Assembly (NCBI GenBank): GCA_044867345.1
Contig: JBIOUU010000186.1
Span: forward strand, 3,895 to 67,894
Direction of reading: 5' to 3'
Length of the DNA: 64,000 bases
DNA from: Actinomycetota bacterium
GTDB lineage: Bacteria > Actinomycetota > UBA4738 > HRBIN12
Below the pieces are notes generated by a model, which was not told the DNA's origin, searched no databases, and saw only the letters and a list, made by a program, of their open reading frames with translations. Positions 25,516 through 34,265 of the stretch are shown one piece after another. Every line of letters begins with the position of its first letter. Within the stretch, counting starts at the first letter, position 1. Both the position numbers and the translations under genes were made by a program.

Positions 25516-26767
25516 GCAGGTCATCGCGGAGAAGGTCGAGCAACCGGAGGCCCCGGCCCCGCAGCCGGCCCAGCCCAAAGAACACTGGTGGGACAGGCTC
25601 ATCGTCCCCGCCCTCGCGGTGATCACGGCCCTGGCCATCGGCGCGCTCGTGATCGTGTTCTCCGACACCGACATCCTGAAGAGCTGGTCGGGATTCTTCG
25701 TGCATCCGGCGGACACGCTCCGCATCTCCGGCCAAGCTATCTGGGACTCGTATTACGCCCTGTTCACGGGGGCGTTCGGAAGCCCCACGGAGCTCTGGCG
25801 CGGGATCACCTCGGGGAGTTGGACGGAGTTCCAGAACGCGCTCTACCCGCTCTCCGAGACCATCGTCACCGCCACACCGTTGATCTTCGCCGGCCTGGCC
25901 GTGGCGATCGGATTCCACGCCGGTTTGTTCAACATCGGCGCGGAGGGCCAGATCACGGTGGGGGCCGTCGTCGCGGCCGCGGTGGGATTCTCGTTCCCGG
26001 GCCTGCCGGGGTTCCTCCACGTCATCCTGATCGTCCTGGCTGGCTTCGTGGGTGGCGCGGTCTGGGGTTTCATCCCCGGCATCCTGAAGGCGAAGACCGG
26101 GGCCCACGAGGTCATCGTCACGATCATGCTGAACTGGATCTCCTATCCTCTGGCCTTCTACTTCCTCAGCCATAGCTTCTTCCAGCGACCGGGCCGGACC
26201 GACCCCATCTCGAAGCCGGTCCACGGGGCGTTCCCATTGCTCCTGGGGTCAGGGTTGCGAGTGCATGCCGGGATCCTCCTGGCACTCCTGGTTGCGGCAG
26301 CGGTGGGGTTCCTCATCTACCGGACCACCAACGGCTTCGAGTTCCGCGCGGTCGGTGCGAACCCCGACGCCGCCCGGGCGGCCGGGATCAGCCCGGGCCG
26401 CACGTATGTGCTCGTCATGACGCTCGCCGGCGGTCTTGCGGGGCTCGCCGGATCCAATCAGCTGCTTTCCGTTACGCCCAGCCTCACACCCGGGTTCTCC
26501 TCTGGCTTCGGTTTCGACGCCATCGCGCTCGCCCTCCTCGGGCGCTCGAACCCGTGGGGGGTGGCTACCGCGGCCATCCTGTTCGGCGCGATGCGAGCAG
26601 GTTCCCGAGCCATGCAGGCTGCCACCGCGACGCCCGTCGACATCGTCGTCGTGATCCAGGCGCTCGTGATCGTGTTCATCGCCGCCCCGTCGCTCGTCCG
26701 GGCCATCTATCGGATCAAGGTGAAGCGGCCCGAGGGCCTCGAGATCCTCACGAAGGGGCTGGCCTGA
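25508..26767 (+). CDS. ABC transporter permease (BMP/nucleoside system)
   Basis: Multi-TM protein overlapping the ATPase stop by 8 nt, in the usual position of the first permease of Bmp-type transporters. Confidence 0.85.
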   Translation: MAEQVIAEKVEQPEAPAPQPAQPKEHWWDRLIVPALAVITALAIGALVIVFSDTDILKSWSGFFVHPADTLRISGQAIWDSYYALFTGAFGSPTELWRGITSGSWTEFQNALYPLSETIVTATPLIFAGLAVAIGFHAGLFNIGAEGQITVGAVVAAAVGFSFPGLPGFLHVILIVLAGFVGGAVWGFIPGILKAKTGAHEVIVTIMLNWISYPLAFYFLSHSFFQRPGRTDPISKPVHGAFPLLLGSGLRVHAGILLALLVAAAVGFLIYRTTNGFEFRAVGANPDAARAAGISPGRTYVLVMTLAGGLAGLAGSNQLLSVTPSLTPGFSSGFGFDAIALALLGRSNPWGVATAAILFGAMRAGSRAMQAATATPVDIVVVIQALVIVFIAAPSLVRAIYRIKVKRPEGLEILTKGLA

Positions 26768-28047
26768 TGGCGGTCTCCCCGACCGCGATCCGCGGCCAGG
26801 TCGTCGCCGAGACCACGACCAGGGCTCGGGTCCTCGGGATCCTGTTCCTGCTGTTTGCCCTGGCCATACTGTTGCTCTTCGGCCTTGGCTCCGACCCCGC
26901 CTTGAGGACGACGTTCCAGCTGAACCAGACCGGTACGGGGACCACTGCGTTGCGGCTCCCCGACCTGGTGATCCCGTCCAGGGGAACCGCTTTTCTCCTG
27001 TCGGCGATCTGCGCGTTCCTGGCCGGCGTGCAGCTCACCCGGGGCTTCGGCCGACGGACGAACCTGATCCTCGGCATCGTCGTGTTCGTCTTCGTGTTCG
27101 CCTTCCTGACGTGGGCCGCGCGGGACAACTCCCTGAACCTCCTCGGGATGCTGCAGAGCACGCTGCTGCGATCGGTGCCCATCACGTTCGGAGCGCTCTC
27201 CGGCGTGTTGTGCGAGCGATCGGGGATCATCAACATCGCGATCGAGGGCATGCTCCTCTCCGCGGCATTCACGGGGTCGGTGGTCGGCAGTGCGACGCAC
27301 AGCCTGTGGATGGGTTTGATCGGCGGGGCGATCGTCGGTGGGCTGCTCGGGGCGTTCCTGGCGCTCCTGTCGATCCGCTACGTCGTCAACCAGATCATCG
27401 CCGGCACGGTCATCAACATCTTCGCCCTGGGCATCACGGGATTCCTCTCCGCACGGATCCTCGAGCAGTATCAGAACCTCAACAATCCAGGACGGTTCGA
27501 GCCCGTCACCATCCCGCTGCTCTCCAAGATCCCCGTCCTCGGGCCCGTGCTGTTCGACGAGAACGTCTTCGTCTACATCATGTTCGTGTTGATCGTCGCC
27601 ATCTACCTGGGACTGTTCGAGACGCGTTGGGGCCTCCGCGTGCGAGCCGTGGGCGAGCACCCCCGAGCCGCCGACACGGTCGGGATCAAGGTGCTCTACA
27701 CGAGATATCGCAACGTGATCCTCGGGGGGATGGTCGCCGGGATCGGGGGCGCGTACTTCACGCTCGGCTCGGTGGGACGGTTCGACGAGAACATGACGGC
27801 CGGCCGCGGGTTCATCGGCCTGGCCGCGATGATCTTCGGCCGGTGGAATCCCGTCGGGGCGTTCCTCGCGGCCCTGGTCTTCGGCTTCGCGGACTCGCTC
27901 CAGACCAAGCTGTCGATCCTGCAGGTCCCCATCCCCTCGGAGTTCCTGCAGATGGCCCCGTACCTCGTGACGATCTTCGTCGTGGCCGGGGTCGTGCGCA
28001 AGGCAAGGCCGCCGGCCGCAGACGGACAGCCCTACCTCAAGGAGTAG
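26767..28047 (+). CDS. ABC transporter permease (second subunit)
   Basis: ATG 26767 overlaps the upstream TGA by 1 nt. Multi-TM protein. Track ORF 26554..28047 trimmed. Confidence 0.85.
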   Translation: MAVSPTAIRGQVVAETTTRARVLGILFLLFALAILLLFGLGSDPALRTTFQLNQTGTGTTALRLPDLVIPSRGTAFLLSAICAFLAGVQLTRGFGRRTNLILGIVVFVFVFAFLTWAARDNSLNLLGMLQSTLLRSVPITFGALSGVLCERSGIINIAIEGMLLSAAFTGSVVGSATHSLWMGLIGGAIVGGLLGAFLALLSIRYVVNQIIAGTVINIFALGITGFLSARILEQYQNLNNPGRFEPVTIPLLSKIPVLGPVLFDENVFVYIMFVLIVAIYLGLFETRWGLRVRAVGEHPRAADTVGIKVLYTRYRNVILGGMVAGIGGAYFTLGSVGRFDENMTAGRGFIGLAAMIFGRWNPVGAFLAALVFGFADSLQTKLSILQVPIPSEFLQMAPYLVTIFVVAGVVRKARPPAADGQPYLKE

Positions 28048-28639
28048 CCGCGCCCGCTCTCGGCGCGCCTGCCACGGATTCGCCGATCCGACGCAACTCA
28101 TCGTCCACCGTGGTCAGGGTGATCTGCGGTGCGAACCCGTTCGCCAGCCCGAGGGCGCGCTCGTGTGCATCCGCCGTCGCGCCACGGCAGGCATCGGCCA
28201 CGATCCGCACGAACATGCCGTCGTCGGCGGCGGGGAGCGCCGTGGAGATCACGCAGCAGTCGGTAGCGACTCCGCAGAGCACCAGCGTCTTCGACGCCCC
28301 CGCCAAGGTCCGAAGCTCCGGCCCCCATTTGGAGAACCGCTCCTTGTCCAGGGTGGGGACCCGCCGCGACGCCCACGGCTCGACCAGCTCCAGCCACTCG
28401 CGGCGCTCCGGTTTCGCCACTTCGCTCCACAGCTCGAAGTAAGGCACCCAGCTCCCCTCGGGATGCTCGGGCACGCCGTAGCGAGTAAACACGACCCTGT
28501 CGCCGAACGCGCCAACGAGCCTGTCGATGGGCTCGACGATCTCGTCGAACCCGGGGGTGGCCCACGGGCTCTCAGGGTCGCGGAAGACGTGCTGCATGTC
28601 GACGACGACGAGCAGCGGGGACGAGACCGGCTCGCTCAT
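28037..28639 (-). CDS. isochorismatase-family cysteine hydrolase
   Basis: LLVVVDMQHVF (Asp) and LVLCGVATDCCV (catalytic Cys) motifs. This is the C-terminal 200 aa of track ORF 28037..29995. ATGA overlap with the NCS1 stop. Confidence 0.8.
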   Translation of the reverse strand: MSEPVSSPLLVVVDMQHVFRDPESPWATPGFDEIVEPIDRLVGAFGDRVVFTRYGVPEHPEGSWVPYFELWSEVAKPERREWLELVEPWASRRVPTLDKERFSKWGPELRTLAGASKTLVLCGVATDCCVISTALPAADDGMFVRIVADACRGATADAHERALGLANGFAPQITLTTVDDELRRIGESVAGAPRAGAATP

Positions 28640-30126
28640 GATTGGCCCGCCATCGCGGATCTCGCGGCCGAACGGGCTGGCACGAGCTTGCTCAAGACGG
28701 CGTAGAGGGCTCCCGCCAGGATGAACCCGATGAACAGACCGATGCTGCTCGAGGCGAGCGCGGAGTCCTCCCAGCCGAACCACCGCAGCAGGTAGCCGAC
28801 CCACGAGAAGATCGGGGCAGACGACGTGACCAGGCCGAGCCCCACGAACGAGGCCACCAGGAACGCGACGACGCCCGCCGGGTTGACCGTGCCGTAGATC
28901 CCTTCGCTCGCGTACAGATCGCGCTCCGAATACCCGCCCCGTCTCCGGAACACGGCCATGTCGGTGAGGAAGATCGCGGCCCATGCTGCGAGAAGGACGC
29001 CGAGCGTGATCAGGAATCCGATGAACGGGCCCACGAAGTTCGGCGCGAAGAAGAGGAGGTAGATGTTCCCCACGATCATGAGGGCGCCATCGATGGCCAC
29101 GGACTGGTACCGCGGGATCTTCAGCCCGAGCGTGAGCAGGTTGAGTCCCGAGGAGTAGATGTCGAGCACCGCCCCGGCCACCAGTCCGCCCACCGCGACG
29201 AGCATGTACGGCACGAGGAACCAGGTCGGCAGGGGTTCGGCCAGCACGCCGATCGGGTTGGCCGAGGTGGCCAGAGCCTGATTGTTCGCCGCGAGGAGCA
29301 CCCCGAAGATGATGAGGATGATCGGGGCGACGCTCGCACCGAACACGGTCCACCCCACTACCGCCCGCGAGCTCGAGGACCTGGGCAGGTACCGGCTGTA
29401 GTCGGCGGCGGCGTTCACCCAGCCGATCCCCAGGCCGGCCATGATGATGGAGGTGCCCCCCACGAGCCCTCCCCAGAACGGGCCGGATGGGAGGGAGGTC
29501 ACCTTGCCCCAGTCGATCTCCGACCACACGAGCGCCATGAACACCACCGTGAGCACGGCGAAGGCCCAGGTGAACCAGGTCTGGATCCTGACGATCGTGG
29601 CGTGGCCGAGAAGCCCCACGGCGATCGTGGCCGCCGCGACGATCACGAACGAGACCGCGAGCGCCAGGTCCCCGTGCACCCAGCCCAACCTGGCCAGCAC
29701 CGTCTCGGCGGCGAACGTGGATAGGGCCACCAGGATGATCTCCCAACCGACCAACGAGATGTAGCTGACCAGTGTGGGGAGCGCGTTGCCGACCACCCCG
29801 AACGACGCCCGGGACAGGATCAGCGTCGGTGCTCCGCCGAGCTTGCCCGCAAGGCTCACGTAGCCGACCAGGAAGAACGACAGGACCGTACCGACGGCTG
29901 CGGCCAGCACGGCCTGGGGCAGGTTCAGGCCGTAGAAGACGACCAGGAACGCGCCGTAGGTGACGCCCAGGATGCTGATGTTGGCGGCGCACCACACCCA
30001 GAACAGCTCGATCGGCGCCCCATGCCGGTCCGACTCGGGGATGGGGTCGATCCCGTGGGTCTCGATGCTCCAGACCCGGTCGCTCTCCGGCTGCCCCCCC
30101 GTCGTTCGCTCAACCTCAATGCCCAT
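28636..30126 (-). CDS. NCS1-family nucleobase:cation symporter (cytosine/purine/allantoin permease type)
   Basis: 12-TM-like profile. N-terminal IETHGIDPIPESDRHG...LFWVWCAANISI is typical of NCS1/CodB-like permeases. Start ATG 30126. Confidence 0.8.
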   Translation of the reverse strand: MGIEVERTTGGQPESDRVWSIETHGIDPIPESDRHGAPIELFWVWCAANISILGVTYGAFLVVFYGLNLPQAVLAAAVGTVLSFFLVGYVSLAGKLGGAPTLILSRASFGVVGNALPTLVSYISLVGWEIILVALSTFAAETVLARLGWVHGDLALAVSFVIVAAATIAVGLLGHATIVRIQTWFTWAFAVLTVVFMALVWSEIDWGKVTSLPSGPFWGGLVGGTSIIMAGLGIGWVNAAADYSRYLPRSSSSRAVVGWTVFGASVAPIILIIFGVLLAANNQALATSANPIGVLAEPLPTWFLVPYMLVAVGGLVAGAVLDIYSSGLNLLTLGLKIPRYQSVAIDGALMIVGNIYLLFFAPNFVGPFIGFLITLGVLLAAWAAIFLTDMAVFRRRGGYSERDLYASEGIYGTVNPAGVVAFLVASFVGLGLVTSSAPIFSWVGYLLRWFGWEDSALASSSIGLFIGFILAGALYAVLSKLVPARSAARSAMAGQS

Positions 30127-30229
30127 GGCACCCCCTGGTGGGCGATTGTCGCCGCCCACGGTTCGAGGCGTCAACGAGGATGCTCGTGGGACACTACGCG
30201 CGAGGGGAGACGTGGGGTCGAGCACTTCG

Positions 30230-30640
30230 ATGATCGACGATATCCGGGAGCGGTTCGCTCGATCCGGATTCCACACCTGGATCGGGCTGCGCTTGGAGCG
30301 CGTGGAGCCCGGTGAGGTCGACGTCGCCCTCGATCTCGAACCGCATCATCTGAACCTCCTGGGCCTCCTGCATGGTGGCCTGATCGCCACGCTCGCCGAC
30401 ACGGCCACCGGTCTCGCCTATCGCACGGTCCTCGCGCCCGGCACGCGCCACGTGACGACCCACCTGTGCGTGGCGTTCCTTTCCCCCGGACGCGCCGGAA
30501 CGGTCACGGCCCGGGGGAAGGTGGTGAAGGCCGGTGAGCGGTTCGGCTATGCGGAGGCCGATGTCGTCGGCCCGGAGGACGAGCTCCTGGCCCGGGCGAC
30601 GGCGACGTTCACCGTGTCACCGGAGCCCGCGGGTCAGTAG
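30230..30640 (+). CDS. PaaI-family hotdog thioesterase
   Basis: 136 aa. LLHGGLIATLADTATG motif. ATG 30230, within track ORF 29960..30640. Confidence 0.8.
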   Translation: MIDDIRERFARSGFHTWIGLRLERVEPGEVDVALDLEPHHLNLLGLLHGGLIATLADTATGLAYRTVLAPGTRHVTTHLCVAFLSPGRAGTVTARGKVVKAGERFGYAEADVVGPEDELLARATATFTVSPEPAGQ

Positions 30641-31017
30641 TCGACGTCCATCTCCTGCATGACCTTCGGCAGCTCGGAGATCGCCCCCTGCAGCTGCATC
30701 AGCAGCATCATGTTGCCGGAGATCCGGAGCTTCCCGCTCATGAACGCCGTGACCGGATTGAGCTCGCTCTTGGCCAGCGCCACCGCCGTGTCGTAGTCCT
30801 GCGTGATGGTGGCGTCGGGGGTTCCGATCTCGCCCTGGCCCATGTCGATCGAGCCGCCCTGGATCTTGATCCAGTAGCGACGCTCCCCGTCGGGGCCGGT
30901 GATGACCTGCTGGAGCGTGGCGGAGGCCGACCCGGCCGCCTTCTTGAAGGAGTCGGTCGCGTTCAGCCGGCCCTTCAGCTCGGCCGTCCACTCTTCGGAG
31001 AGGAACTGCACGGGCAC
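30634..31017 (-). CDS. SCP2 (sterol carrier protein 2-like) domain protein
   Basis: 127 aa. The C-terminal ...LNPVTAFMSGKLRISGNMMLLMQLQ is characteristic of SCP-2 domains. Confidence 0.7.
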   Translation of the reverse strand: MPVQFLSEEWTAELKGRLNATDSFKKAAGSASATLQQVITGPDGERRYWIKIQGGSIDMGQGEIGTPDATITQDYDTAVALAKSELNPVTAFMSGKLRISGNMMLLMQLQGAISELPKVMQEMDVDY

Positions 31018-31135
31018 GAAAGCCTCCTGGGGTCGCCGGGGTCGGAAGCCAGGCAGTATAGCCAGTGCGCGTTACCGAATGCCGCCGATCGCTGTCAAAG
31101 CCAACCGTACGGAGACAGCCAGAGGAGGTGTGCTC

Positions 31136-31465
31136 ATGTACGTCTTCGCGACAGTGGCCTTTCTGGGTCTTGCAGTGGCCAAGCTCGTCGATCTGGTGGG
31201 TGGCTACGTGAACGTCCGCCGCCCGGTCCGGCCGTTCCTCGCATTCCTGGCCGGCATCGGCATCGCCTGGGCCGCGGACCTCTCGATGTTCGCCGGGTTC
31301 GGCATCGGCCTTCGGACCCTGTGGATGGGACCGGTGGCGACGGGCCTCGTGATCGGTGGCCTGGCCTGCGCGTGGCACGAGGTGCTCGACGTCCTGGCCT
31401 CGTACGCCCGCCGGGTGAACGACCAGGCCACGGAGATCGAGACCAGGATTCCGCGGGCCGCGTAG
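31136..31465 (+). CDS. hypothetical small membrane protein
   Basis: ATG 31136 behind AGAGGAGG. Three hydrophobic segments. No family recognised. Confidence 0.5.
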   Translation: MYVFATVAFLGLAVAKLVDLVGGYVNVRRPVRPFLAFLAGIGIAWAADLSMFAGFGIGLRTLWMGPVATGLVIGGLACAWHEVLDVLASYARRVNDQATEIETRIPRAA

Positions 31466-31484
31466 CGGTTCGGGGTAGGACGAT

Positions 31485-31517
31485 GGAGGGCCGCCCGCGA
31501 ACGCGGGGCGGCCCTCC
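31485..31517. terminator. strong GC hairpin between convergent genes
   Basis: GGAGGGCCGCCCGCG-AA-CGCGGGGCGGCCCTCC, 15 bp with one bulged G. Followed on the plus strand by GCGAGCUGUUUCA. Confidence 0.6.
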
Positions 31518-31527
31518 GCGAGCTGTT

Positions 31528-32175
31528 TCACTGCTGGAACAGCTGAGGGTCCGACAGGTGGAGCACGTCGTTCAGGAACCGGACCCGCCGGCTCGATCCC
31601 TCGACCTCCACCGAGTTCAGCGAGCTGTTCTCCGGCAGGAAGAACATCTCGTTCTCGACCAGCAACAGCGGCCCGAGGTAGGCGTTGATCACGCCGCCGT
31701 GGGCCACGACGAAGACGTCGCCCACGGCATGCCGCTCCAGGATCGACTCGATGGCGTCGTGCACGCGCGTGCGGAACGCATCAATCGCCTCTCCACCCGG
31801 CGCCCGATGCCAGATCGCCCGCTGGCTCCGGACCAGGCCCACGAGCTCGGGATCCGACGCCAGGATGTCCTCGAAGCTCACGTTCTCCCACCGTCCGATG
31901 TGGGCCTCCATGAGGTCGTCGTCGTAGGTCACCTCGATCCCCGAGGCGTCCGCGAACGGCGCGATGGTCTGCCGAGCTCGACGAAGCGGGGATGAGTACA
32001 CCGCCGCGGGCCGCTCCATCAGCACGAGCCGGCGGGCCAGGAGCTCGGCCTGCTCCCGGCCCACGTCGTCGAGCGGCGGGTCCCACTGTGGACCCCTCGG
32101 CGTGTCCAGGAGGTCGTTCGAGGATTGGTCGGACCGGCCGTGGCGGATCAGGAACAGGATCCGGGACGCGTTCAC
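31528..32175 (-). CDS. histidine phosphatase (phosphoglycerate mutase) family protein
   Basis: LFLIRHGRSD catalytic RHG motif and VVAHGGVI. Start set to GTG 32175 (GTGA overlap with the upstream stop); the track start is 32208. Confidence 0.8.
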   Translation of the reverse strand: MNASRILFLIRHGRSDQSSNDLLDTPRGPQWDPPLDDVGREQAELLARRLVLMERPAAVYSSPLRRARQTIAPFADASGIEVTYDDDLMEAHIGRWENVSFEDILASDPELVGLVRSQRAIWHRAPGGEAIDAFRTRVHDAIESILERHAVGDVFVVAHGGVINAYLGPLLLVENEMFFLPENSSLNSVEVEGSSRRVRFLNDVLHLSDPQLFQQ

Positions 32176-32501
32176 CGGGCGCGGCGATCGGCCCGTCTGC
32201 GGTTCCACGCCCGGGCGAAGGCCTCGACATCCTCACGCCGCCACACGCGTCCCGAGGCCAGTCGCGCCACCGGCTCGGGGAACGATCCCCGGTCCACGTA
32301 GGTGATCACTCGCCGGCGGTCCCATCCCAGGATCGCGGCGGCCTCGGCCACGCCGGCCAGCGCCGGAGTGACCTCGACGATCAACGACACGCCGTGTCCG
32401 GCGGCTCGGCGCAGCCTGGCCAGGCAGCGGGCTCGCGACGATCCCGAGACTTGGACGCCCGTGGATGGGATGCGGCCGGTCCAGCCATCGCGCGTGGGCA
32501 T
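32172..32501 (-). CDS. small DNA-binding protein with C-terminal MerR/excisionase-type HTH
   Basis: The last 109 aa of artefactual track ORF 32172..33755, from ATG 32501. GVAEAAAILGWDRRRVITYVDRG...VWRREDVEAF is HTH_17-like. Confidence 0.55.
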   Translation of the reverse strand: MPTRDGWTGRIPSTGVQVSGSSRARCLARLRRAAGHGVSLIVEVTPALAGVAEAAAILGWDRRRVITYVDRGSFPEPVARLASGRVWRREDVEAFARAWNRRRADRRAR

Positions 32502-32554
32502 GAGGGTCGCCCGGACCTGCCGAGTGGGCACCGGCCGATGATAGCGACGGCGGC

Positions 32555-32818
32555 TCAGCGGCCCCGGGTCCTGCGGAGCTCGCTCCGCCAGCACTCGGTG
32601 TGCCAGTGCCGGCGCTCGTCGGGCTGGTCCTGCGGGACCACCACCAGGTGCCAGACATCCGCGCGGATCTCGTGGTCGCAGCCCGGACAGCGGTAGGGCT
32701 TGTCGCTGCTTACCCGGCGGACGTCGAACCCCGGGGCGAGGGCCCAGGTCGGCCCCGCCGACTGCGGCACCCGGGCCGCCTCGACCGGCTCCGGCGCACG
32801 GCGGTTCTTCCTCGGCAT
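32555..32818 (-). CDS. conserved small zinc-ribbon-like protein
   Basis: 87 aa with YRCPGCDHEI ... RRHWHTECW. Start overlaps the upstream stop by 1 nt (TGATG). Confidence 0.6.
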   Translation of the reverse strand: MPRKNRRAPEPVEAARVPQSAGPTWALAPGFDVRRVSSDKPYRCPGCDHEIRADVWHLVVVPQDQPDERRHWHTECWRSELRRTRGR

Positions 32819-33492
32819 CAGCCGGTACCCGCCACACGCAGCACGAAGGGGACGGCCAGCCCGGCGACGGTCTCGCCGACCTCCCGCCCGTCGCGCTTGC
32901 GTCCCCGCAGGTTGAACGAGTGGTCGCCTCCTTCGATCGGCACGTGTTCCGCCGCCCGCCCAACCTTGCGAAGGACCTTCCGGACCACCTCGGGCTTGGC
33001 GAACGGATCGGCCGTCCCCTGGATGAACAGCATGGGGACCGCGATCCGGTACAGGTGGTCGTCGCGGACCCGCTCCGGCTTGCCCGGCGGGTGGAACGGA
33101 TAGCCCAGGAACACCAGGCCGGCGGCGGGCATCCCATCGGCCGCGGCCATCGAGGCGATCCGCCCGCCGAGGGACTTGCCGCCGGCCAGCACCGGGCGGC
33201 CGTCCGATCGGGACCGGGCATCCTCGAACGCGGCCAGCCAGGTCGCTCGCAGCACCCCCTCGGGATCCGGCGACCGCCGGCCCCGCTCGATGTACGGGAA
33301 GTTGAACCGGAACGTCGCGACGCCGTGCTCGGCGATGGCCCTGGCGAACCCGGCCATGAAGGGATGGTCCATCCCGGCGCCTGCGCCGTGGGCGACGACC
33401 AGCGTCGCCACGGCGCCGCCCGGCGCGATCCAGGCCGCGCTGATGGAGCTCGGCCCCGCGTCGATCTCGCTGCGAACCTCCGGCGTGACCAT
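32818..33492 (-). CDS. alpha/beta hydrolase (dienelactone hydrolase / KANL3-Tex30-like)
   Basis: 224 aa. VVAHGAGAGMDHPFM and nucleophile elbow GKSLGGR. C-terminal IEGGDHSF. Confidence 0.75.
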   Translation of the reverse strand: MVTPEVRSEIDAGPSSISAAWIAPGGAVATLVVAHGAGAGMDHPFMAGFARAIAEHGVATFRFNFPYIERGRRSPDPEGVLRATWLAAFEDARSRSDGRPVLAGGKSLGGRIASMAAADGMPAAGLVFLGYPFHPPGKPERVRDDHLYRIAVPMLFIQGTADPFAKPEVVRKVLRKVGRAAEHVPIEGGDHSFNLRGRKRDGREVGETVAGLAVPFVLRVAGTG

Positions 33493-33512
33493 GTCTGGGA
33501 TGATTGTCCCCG

Positions 33513-34259
33513 ATGGCGGGCGCGCTCTACACGGGGACTTCCGGATTCGCCTACGACGAGTGGAAGCACGGCGTGTTCTATCCGGAAGGGCTGAAGAACG
33601 CCGACATGCTCTCCTACTACGCCAGCAGGTTCCGCTCGGTGGAGATCAACTACACGTTCCGCCGATTCCCCACGGAGAAGACTCTCGCCGGCTGGCGGGA
33701 GGGGACGCCGGACGGGTTCGCGTTCACGCTCAAGGCGAACCAGCGGATCACGCACTTCAAGCGCCTGGCCGACGCCGACGACGACGTTCGTGACTTCCTG
33801 CGCCTCGCCAAGCTCCTGGGCGATCGCCTAGGTACCGTGCTGTTCCAGTGCCCGCCGACGCTGAAGTACGACCGACAGCTCATCGAGCAGTTCGTCGGGT
33901 CGCTCCCACCCGACGTGCGGGCCGTGATGGAGTTCCGCGACCCGTCCTGGAACGAGGCCCGCGAGTTCCTCCACGAGCAGCGCGTGGCCTGGTGCGTCGC
34001 GGAGACCGACGAGAAGGACCCCGGCCCCGACGACCTCTCGTGGGACCCGTACGGCTACCTCCGGCTGCGCAAGACCGACTACTCGGACGAGGAGCTACAG
34101 GGGTGGGCCGACCGCATCGAGCCGGCGCTGGCGGCGGGAAGCGATGTCTACTGCTACTTCAAGCACGAGGGCGAGGGCATGAGCCCTCGGATGGCCGAGC
34201 GACTCGAGGCGCTGGTGCCCTCGCTCGGATCGCCGGCCTCAGGACCTTCGCCCGAGTAG
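33513..34259 (+). CDS. DUF72 (YecE-like) family protein
   Basis: YTGTSGFAYDEWKHGVFYP and YYASRFRSVEINYTFRRFP are typical of DUF72. ATG 33513 preferred over the track TTG 33504. Confidence 0.8.
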   Translation: MAGALYTGTSGFAYDEWKHGVFYPEGLKNADMLSYYASRFRSVEINYTFRRFPTEKTLAGWREGTPDGFAFTLKANQRITHFKRLADADDDVRDFLRLAKLLGDRLGTVLFQCPPTLKYDRQLIEQFVGSLPPDVRAVMEFRDPSWNEAREFLHEQRVAWCVAETDEKDPGPDDLSWDPYGYLRLRKTDYSDEELQGWADRIEPALAAGSDVYCYFKHEGEGMSPRMAERLEALVPSLGSPASGPSPE

Positions 34260-34265
34260 TCGGCC

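Noticed and set aside
26707-28101. 464-aa ORF antisense to the second ABC permease (and the similar ORF 62266..63708 antisense to glpK)
   Set aside because: Both are opposite genes with strong family signatures and give highly charged, low-complexity translations. Treated as GC artefacts.
28640-29995. N-terminal 450 aa of track ORF 28037..29995
   Set aside because: Only the last 200 aa (from ATG 28639) form an isochorismatase-like protein. The upstream part is an alternate frame of the NCS1 permease gene and reads as Arg/Gly/Pro-rich nonsense.
32172-32501. HTH protein as the antitoxin of a toxin-antitoxin module
   Set aside because: No adjacent small toxin-like ORF (HicA, RelE, MazF, VapC or similar) could be identified. 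The neighbours are a Zn-ribbon protein and a phosphatase.
32502-33755. N-terminal part of the 527-aa track ORF 32172..33755
   Set aside because: It overlaps the alpha/beta hydrolase and Zn-ribbon genes out of frame. Only the C-terminal 109 aa, with an HTH motif and its own ATG, look genuine.
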